A program made the position numbers and the translations under genes. 64,000 nucleotides of DNA, from assembly GCF_009914755.1 (NCBI RefSeq), contig NC_060925.1; one strand, written 5' to 3'. The notes beneath the pieces were generated by a model. That model did no database searches. It saw only the letters and a program-made list of their open reading frames with translations, and was not told the origin of the DNA. The DNA is from the human T2T-CHM13v2.0 reference genome, Homo sapiens. This document shows, in pieces, positions 56,661-64,000 of the stretch. The number at the start of each line of letters is the position of its first letter. The first letter of the stretch is position 1.

Positions 56661-57611
56661 ACATGGACTCATATTGTTCTGTCATCGCCTTACACTTTTT
56701 TTTTGCTTTGTTTAAACTAGGAGTGTAGTCATGAGTTGCTGGAGGGAATAGCTACGTGATCCATTTTGTGTCCCCAGATCACATTACAGGAATACCACTG
56801 CTTTTTCCTCACTACTAGAGATTAATTGCCAGCCTATTATTTCTGTGACATATATTACTAACCTTGATCTCTTTGGAAGAAAGTGTTACAAAATCAGCAA
56901 CAGCTCACATTTTATGATATCTATAAAAAATTAAGGGCTCTGAAGAAAAATATGGGCAACATGTTCTTGTTCCTACATAGATTATCTTAATGAATTATTC
57001 CCCTATTCAGTCAAGCAGAGACTGGTCTAGCAACATATACTCAAATTCCTTGTCAGTGGCTATTTATCTAGGAAATACAAGCTAATTTAGGCATTGCCAA
57101 ACAAATATAATTAGAAAGAGAACTCTTTCAAAGACAGGGACAAATTATGTTTGAAATTTTAATGTTTTGCATTATCTGCACCACTGCCTTCTCCATTGTA
57201 ATGACTTATTGAGATCTAGTTTTACAGAGAATAACTAATCCTTATCATCAAAAGTGAACTGTGTCAGAGAAGCAGTGGTCATGTCAACCTGCCACCACCA
57301 ATTAGAACTTATTTGTTTTAGTGGATTCTTTTTCCAACTATTATTCTACGTAATAGCAAATCATATTTCTCAAACATAAAACTTACATTCAGTGGCCTCA
57401 TAGGTACATGCAAGTATTAATTAAAAATCTTTGGAATTATGTCTCTCAACTTTGATTTAGCGATTCTGTCCTAAATCAGTTACATCTCATTAAAACAACA
57501 GAATAGCAAGTATCCAAGTTTCTCTCATAATTCAGACGTTCTGTTTTATATGTCAGTAGTTCTTAAAGGCCTATTTGAAGATCAGCTGTTACAGAATCCC
57601 TAGACAACAGT

Positions 57612-57756
57612 CATACTCACACATACACCACACATGCACACACACACACATACGAATATATATGTAGTACATGTAATTTGTATAAAACTACATATACACA
57701 TATATACACAGATATACACATATATACATGTGTATGCATATCAAACATGTATATAC
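57612..57756. repeat. CA/TA-rich simple repeat
   Basis: Alternating purine-pyrimidine tract. Confidence 0.85.
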
Positions 57757-57910
57757 TGAATTCTGAGTTTGAGGTGGGCTTTAAGAATTTCTTTAAAAAT
57801 TATGTGTTGAAATTCATAAACACAACTTAAAAATAATTAGTTCAAAGATTTATAGTAAAAAGCAAATGTTCTCTGATCCATACCTCAGAAGAAAGTATCT
57901 AGTTCTCTGT

Positions 57911-58228
57911 CTTTTTTCTCCTTTTTTTGTTTTTAAGACAGAGTCTTGCTCTGTCACCCAGGCTGGAATGCAGTGGCACAACCTTGGTTCAGCACAATCT
58001 CAGCTCACTGCAACCACCTCCCAGGTTTGAGCAATTCTCTTGCCTCAGCCTCCCGTGTAACTAGGATTACAGGCACCTGTCACCACACCCGGCAAATTTT
58101 TGTATGTTTAATAGATACAAGGTTTCACTGTGTTGGCCAGGCTGGTCTCGAACTGGAGACCTCAGGTGATCTGCCGGTCCTGGCCTCCCAATGTGCTGGG
58201 ATTACAGGCGTGAGCCACTGTGCCTGGT
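57911..58228 (-). mobile_element. AluSx-like with internal 16-bp tandem duplication
   Basis: Antisense dimer; gcacaaccttggttca-gcacaatctcagctca; TSD ctagttctctg(t/c)ctt. Confidence 0.93.
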
Positions 58229-58699
58229 CTAGTTCTCTGCCTTCAAGTTTTAATAAGAGAGCATGATTCCTTGGTCATTTTTAGTAATTTGTTTAATTTT
58301 GAATGTGACTAAAAATACTAGATCAAATTGATCTCTGGCCAATTGAATTGCAATGAATAAATCCATCTTGAGCCTTTAAAATATATCAATCTCTATATTT
58401 TAGAGAAGCAATCAGATTAATTTATACATGAATTCCTTAGCAGTGTATGCACTCTCATTTCTGAGAAACCTACTCTAATTTTATGTCTTCAAATAGTCAT
58501 TAAAATTGTTTGGGACTGAATTATATGACATGTTCCATTATAGCTTTGATGGACATGTTAAAGCTTAATGATTAATACTATGATTAATGCATGGGTGGTG
58601 CTATTTACACTGATGTCATATGTCACCATATACACATTAATTAATAAAGTAATTTTGAGCAAATTTTTAATGAGATGTTGTAGTTTGATATATAGTTAT

Positions 58700-59940
58700 C
58701 ATTCAAAAAACATAGCCCGATTGAAGATGAAGAACAAAGTTGGATGACTGATATTACCTGACTTTAAGACTGACTGACTATAAAGCTACCATAATCAAGA
58801 CAGTGTGCTATTGGTGAAAGAATAAACACAGATTAATGTAACAGGACAGAGAGCCCAGAAGTAGAACCACATCAATTTTGTTAACATATTTTTGACAAGA
58901 GAGCAAAATGTCCAGTTGATCCAGCACCATTTATTAAAAATATGGGTCTTTTTAATAAATGGTGCTGGAAGAGCTGTACATTCATAAGTAAAAAAAATGA
59001 ATCCAAACATAGACCTTACACCTTTCACGCAAATTAACTCAAAATGAGTCACAGATCTGAAGGTAAAACACAATACTATATAAAACTTCCAAAAGATAAT
59101 GTAGAGGAAAATCCTGGGTTTGGCAATGACTTTTCAGATACAACACCAAAGGCACAAACCATGAAAGAAATAATTGATAAACTGGATTTTATTAGAATTA
59201 AAATTGTTTGCTCTGTGAAAGACACTGTAAAGAAAGAGAAAAGACTAGGCACGGACTGGTAGGAAATATTTGCAACGGATGTATCTGATAAAGGACTGTT
59301 AACCAAAATATAAAAAGAACACTTAAAACTCAACAATACAAATATGAACAATTCAATTGAAAAATGGGCAAAAGATCTGGACATCTTATCACAGAAGATA
59401 TACAGATGTAAATAAGTATATAAAAAGATGTTACATATCATATGCTTTTCAAGGAAATGTAAAATAAAACAAATTAAATACAAATAAGAAACTTGACTGC
59501 ATATTACTAAGTGACAGGAGCCAGTCTGAAAAGACTAAATACTTTATCATTCCAACTATTTGACATTATGGAAAAGGCAAAACTATGGAAACAGTAAAAA
59601 TATCTATGGTTATTAAAGTTTAGCAGGGAGGAATGAATAGGTGGAGCACAGATGATTTTTAGAGCACTGAAACTCTGACAATATAATTGTGACTAAAAGT
59701 CATTATACATTTGTTCAAACCCATAGAATGTACAACATCAAGAATAAGCACTAATGTAAACTATAGACTTTGGTGATAATGATGTGTCAATGTAGACTCA
59801 TCAATTGTAGCAAATGTACTACTTTGGTGGGGGATGTTAAGAATATGGGAGGCTGTGCATGTGCATATGGGAACTCTCTGTACTTTCGTCTTAATTTTGC
59901 TATGAACCTAAAACTTCTGTACAAATTTAAGTGCATTAAC
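58700..59940 (+). mobile_element. L1MC (L1MC1/2-like) ORF2 end plus 3' UTR, internal deletion near 59485
   Basis: ORF 59044-59262 (GFGNDFSDTTPKAQTMKEIIDKLDFIRIK) is L1 ORF2; 3' UTR ggaaaaggcaaaactatgga...aaacccatagaatgtacaaca...taaactatagactttgg. Confidence 0.92.
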
Positions 59941-60077
59941 ACAACAACAAAAATCCATAGTCCATTTATCAGTAATTTTTTGTTAATATCACAAATCATG
60001 AAGTATTTCAGAATGCTACTAATTTGACCATATGAATTTTATATTAAAATGTTAAGGAAGCATCTAATATGTAGGAG

Positions 60078-60120
60078 ATATATATGTGTGTGTGTGTGTG
60101 TGTGTACCTATATACACACA
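60078..60120. repeat. (TA)n(TG)n microsatellite
   Basis: Direct observation. Confidence 0.9.
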
Positions 60121-61584
60121 TGCAAAAAAATCTTAATATAATAGCTGATTGTATTCAACTGTATTTTCCAATAGGGTGAAATAAATTTTAAAAAAGAAAA
60201 CCAATTATGAGTGCAAAATATATTTCAGTAACTATTACAAAATATCAAAATGTCATCTGATCCATATAGTCAGCATTTATATAATGGCCAATGGCTGGAG
60301 TAGATGAAATGCATAAGTCAGGGAAAAGGGAAACAGATTGATAGACCTTTAAAAATTATATTGTTATCACATATGCTTGCAACAATTATGTAATTCTCTG
60401 TGGCTATATTATAGTTTTGTAGTGTTCTTAAAAAATAACCTGAAATATCAGTTTCATTAAAATTACTTTTTTCTTTCTTAATGCATTTATTCATTTCCTT
60501 ATTTATTTACCAGAACATGTGATACATATATGCACTTAATAAAACTAGTGATTTGCACCTGAACAGATGCAATACGTAGCTCAGAACAGGTAAATAAAAT
60601 AATTTTAAATAGTGCTTAAAACAGGACAAAACAGATTTGTAGATTTCTTCTGTGCTAGAAAATACGGGTTCCTATATTAACTTTTGTGGGGAAATCATAT
60701 TAGTCCTTTGAATTTACACTCAAGTTGTTTTTTTCTGCTGGTCAGTAGAGGGAGAAGTCCACCAGAGAACTTTTTTTATTGACAGATAATATGTTTATAA
60801 ACTAGATGAAGATGAAAAAATGACAAAAAAAATCTAAAAGCAGTGCCTAGACTTGGTTCAATATAAAGTTTAGCAAACTTGTGAAAAGTTGGAATGGAAA
60901 TTTTAAAAAGCAGATTAAAGAAAGATTTTAGTAAGAAATTGATATAATTTTCTATATGTTTTTTATTACATGCTAGTAACACACTATTTTAGATCACTTT
61001 TCAAAATATCTAGATTCAATAGAAAAATCTATTTCTTAAGTTTTGAGAACTGTTAAACTTAATATGCTATTGCTGTTAAAAACTGCTTTTATTTTATCTT
61101 CCTTGTCCTCCTTTTTTAGGAAATCCTTTATGGGGAAAGAAGAATCCTTTCCTCATAGATTTGGTTAGAAACAAAATTTTTCCGTATGAATTTTTCCTTT
61201 TTTACTTTGTTGTACAGAATGTGAGGAACAATCTTTGTCTACATAACAACTGAATATGGTTTAGAGTTAGACAAACTGAACTATAATGCAATAAATTTAC
61301 ATTGAATACCCATTTACTGAATGTCAATAATTTTCTTCAGTGCCAGAAATAAGAGTAGCACTAAAAGATATAATCAATAAAAGAGACAGCCACTCTTTTC
61401 AAGATAGTCATATTGCAACATAAAACAGCAGGTAATTCAGATTACTAAAATGGCCTGTAAAGTCAGTCCATTAAGTAAAGTAATATTATTGAGACAATAA
61501 AAACTTATGTTACCATGGTCTTTCTATTCTTTTTTTTCTAGATAAAGTTGTTCTATTACGGCAAATCTCTAGAATGTTGGAGCT

Positions 61585-61979
61585 TGTATTCATATGTTCT
61601 CAAACTGCTACAAAGAAATACCTAAGACTGGGTAATATATAAAGAAAAGAGGTTTAATTGGCTCAAGGTTATACAGGCTGTACAGGAAACATAATTCTGG
61701 CATCTGCTGGGCCTCTGGGGAGGCCTCAGGAAACTTAAAATCATGGTGGAAGATGAAGGGGAAGCCAGCATGTCACGTAGCTGGAGCAGCAAGACAGAGG
61801 GGGAGGTGCCACACACTTTTAAACAACCAGATCTCATGAGAACTCACTATCAGGAAAACAGCAGCAGTGGAGAAATCCACCCCCCATGATCCAATTGCTT
61901 CCCACTAGGCTCCACCTCCAATGTTGGGAATTACAATTTGACTGAGGTTTGAACAGGGACACAGATCCCAACCATATTA
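61585..61979 (-). mobile_element. MSTA/THE1-group MaLR solo LTR
   Basis: gactgggtaatatataaagaaaagaggtttaattggctca...ggaggcctcaggaaactt...aaacaaccagatctcatgagaactcactatc. Confidence 0.9.
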
Positions 61980-62307
61980 TAACTTATGTTTAAGTTAATG
62001 TGCAATGTTTTCTAGTTGTTACAAAACCATAGATTTTGAAAAGAAGATAAATATATTTCCTGATTTTCTTTTTCAATGTAAAATTAACAAGGTTAAGATT
62101 GATATATACTTATTTTCTAAGTGGATGGGGGTATTTATGCTTGTACATGAATATGTACATACACAACTCAACATACTGTTTATCCAGTTCTAAATTATTT
62201 TATTCATTTTTAATATAGGAGGGCTATTAGGGGAGGTGGAAATGGCCAAGTAAGAAAACAATGACATATAAAGACATGAGATAAGCGGTAAAAAATAAGC
62301 ATGCTCA

Positions 62308-62622
<315 letters not shown>

Positions 62623-62875
62623 AAGCATGCTCATTTTTAAGTAAACAAAGATGACATAAGTGAATGTTCTTTCTAATCTAGGCCACCTCTGGATTTACAA
62701 CTAAATAGAAAAGGAAAGACGGGATGATTAGATGGTTGCGAACTAGGTATTGGAAGAACAAATAAGGAGTTTATTTTCATAAGATGGATATGAGGTTTAT
62801 CCCTTTCTTTCAGAGTTTAAACCCATGGCAAAATAAATATGTATATTAATAGTTTATAAAGAGAAAACATATTGT

Positions 62876-63240
62876 GTATCTTAGGTTGTATTTTCTAGAA
62901 ACTGAGACTAAAATAGGAATTTAGATTCCTAAATTTATTGAAATAATGCTCTTTAAGGAAAATCTGGGCATGAATGAGGGGAAAAAAAATGAGGAAGAGG
63001 AAAGAGCTGACCAGAATACAATTAGGTAAATTGTGTCCTTAGCCTTATCCTGGGAGTATTATGGGGAGTGAATTGCATTGTATAGGAATTCTGCCTTGGA
63101 GCCAGGGGGATGTAGACTTTCAGACCTGTGGAGAGGAGTTGACCCCGTCAGTCCAGGGCAAGGCTTCAGAAAAGGTTGTATGTGCACTCAACAGGGGTTG
63201 AGAGTTTCAGCCAGTAAAGGGGATTCAAGTGGGGCATACA
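62876..63240 (-). mobile_element. Old ERVL LTR (LTR16/LTR33-like)
   Basis: cttaggttgtattttctagaaactgagac...ggaatttag...tttattg resembles the antisense end of these families. Confidence 0.4.
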
Positions 63241-64000
63241 CCAAGATGGCTCCATTATGTTAAACAAACATACAAAATAATAGGGGTGGAAGAGTCTAAT
63301 TTCAGCTGGGAGATTTGTCAATGTCTTTATGACATGTGGCTCTGTCACATGTCACATGTCCCTACCTAACTAGAGCTTGCAATGGTGGTTCTCCTATGTC
63401 ATTATTCTCCAGAATTCCTTGTGGGAAATGTCAGAATTCCTTTAGCAGTGATTTTTAAGCTGTTTCCAGTAAAATAAATTCAAATAACTCACTTTCGGTT
63501 TTTACAGGCATATTACCAGTGAAGGTTGCAGGTTATCTCAAAGAAATATGAAACATGAAACCAGGATATTTTATGGTCCAAACCTTTATAGTTTCTGTCA
63601 TTTTTTACAACTGCACTTTTATGCAGCTTTGAGTTTACGTGTGGTGTGTTTTGAGGGGATGCATTTTTCTATTTTGTATTTCTGAAGCTAGTGTTTGAAA
63701 GATCATATTTAGGAGCGTCTGTTTTTTTCTTCTATTTACATTGTGGTTTTGTGATTTAATGACAATAGAAGGAGTTATAGTGTGTTGGGGGTTTATAAAA
63801 TTCATATGGTTAAGAGCGGTAAGTATGTGTGCATTGGAGAAGTCACAATCCACCTATCAATTACACCCAGGGGCTAAAGTAGATGTGGAAGTTGAATCAA
63901 CCTGAGTCTGGAATGTGTTCATACTCTGCTCAGTTGCAGAGTATGAATCTTTCAGACCGTAATACAATTTTATTTCCAGTCTTATAATCCTATGCTTGCA

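Noticed and set aside
59044-59483. 72-aa and 135-aa ORFs
   Set aside because: L1 ORF2 remnant and its antisense frame

Overview
Primate (very likely human) AT-rich, CpG-poor non-coding DNA, intergenic or deep intronic. I find no protein-coding gene, RNA gene, CpG island or CRISPR array. ORFs with recognisable homology are transposon remnants (Alu, Tigger1, Tigger3, L1 ORF2, CR1/L3) or microsatellite read-through; the rest look like chance. The window holds 12 dimeric Alus plus one FLAM, a near-full-length Tigger1, a Tigger3b, L1 fragments of several ages, L2/MIR/L3 relics and MaLR/ERVL solo LTRs, separated by repeat-poor unique blocks (~17.1-21.2, 25.7-29.7 and 38.2-44.8 kb). I cannot support a novel biological system. 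The best oddities are structural: an AluY with a ~50-bp flanking duplication, a duplicated Tigger1 left end ~840 bp upstream of the element, a perfect 21-bp-arm hairpin inside an L1MC, one target site used by both an L1PA and an AluY, a 29-bp minisatellite, two same-strand CTCF-like motifs and a few candidate exons. Repeat families and subfamilies were called by eye from remembered consensus sequences, and boundaries of old elements are approximate.
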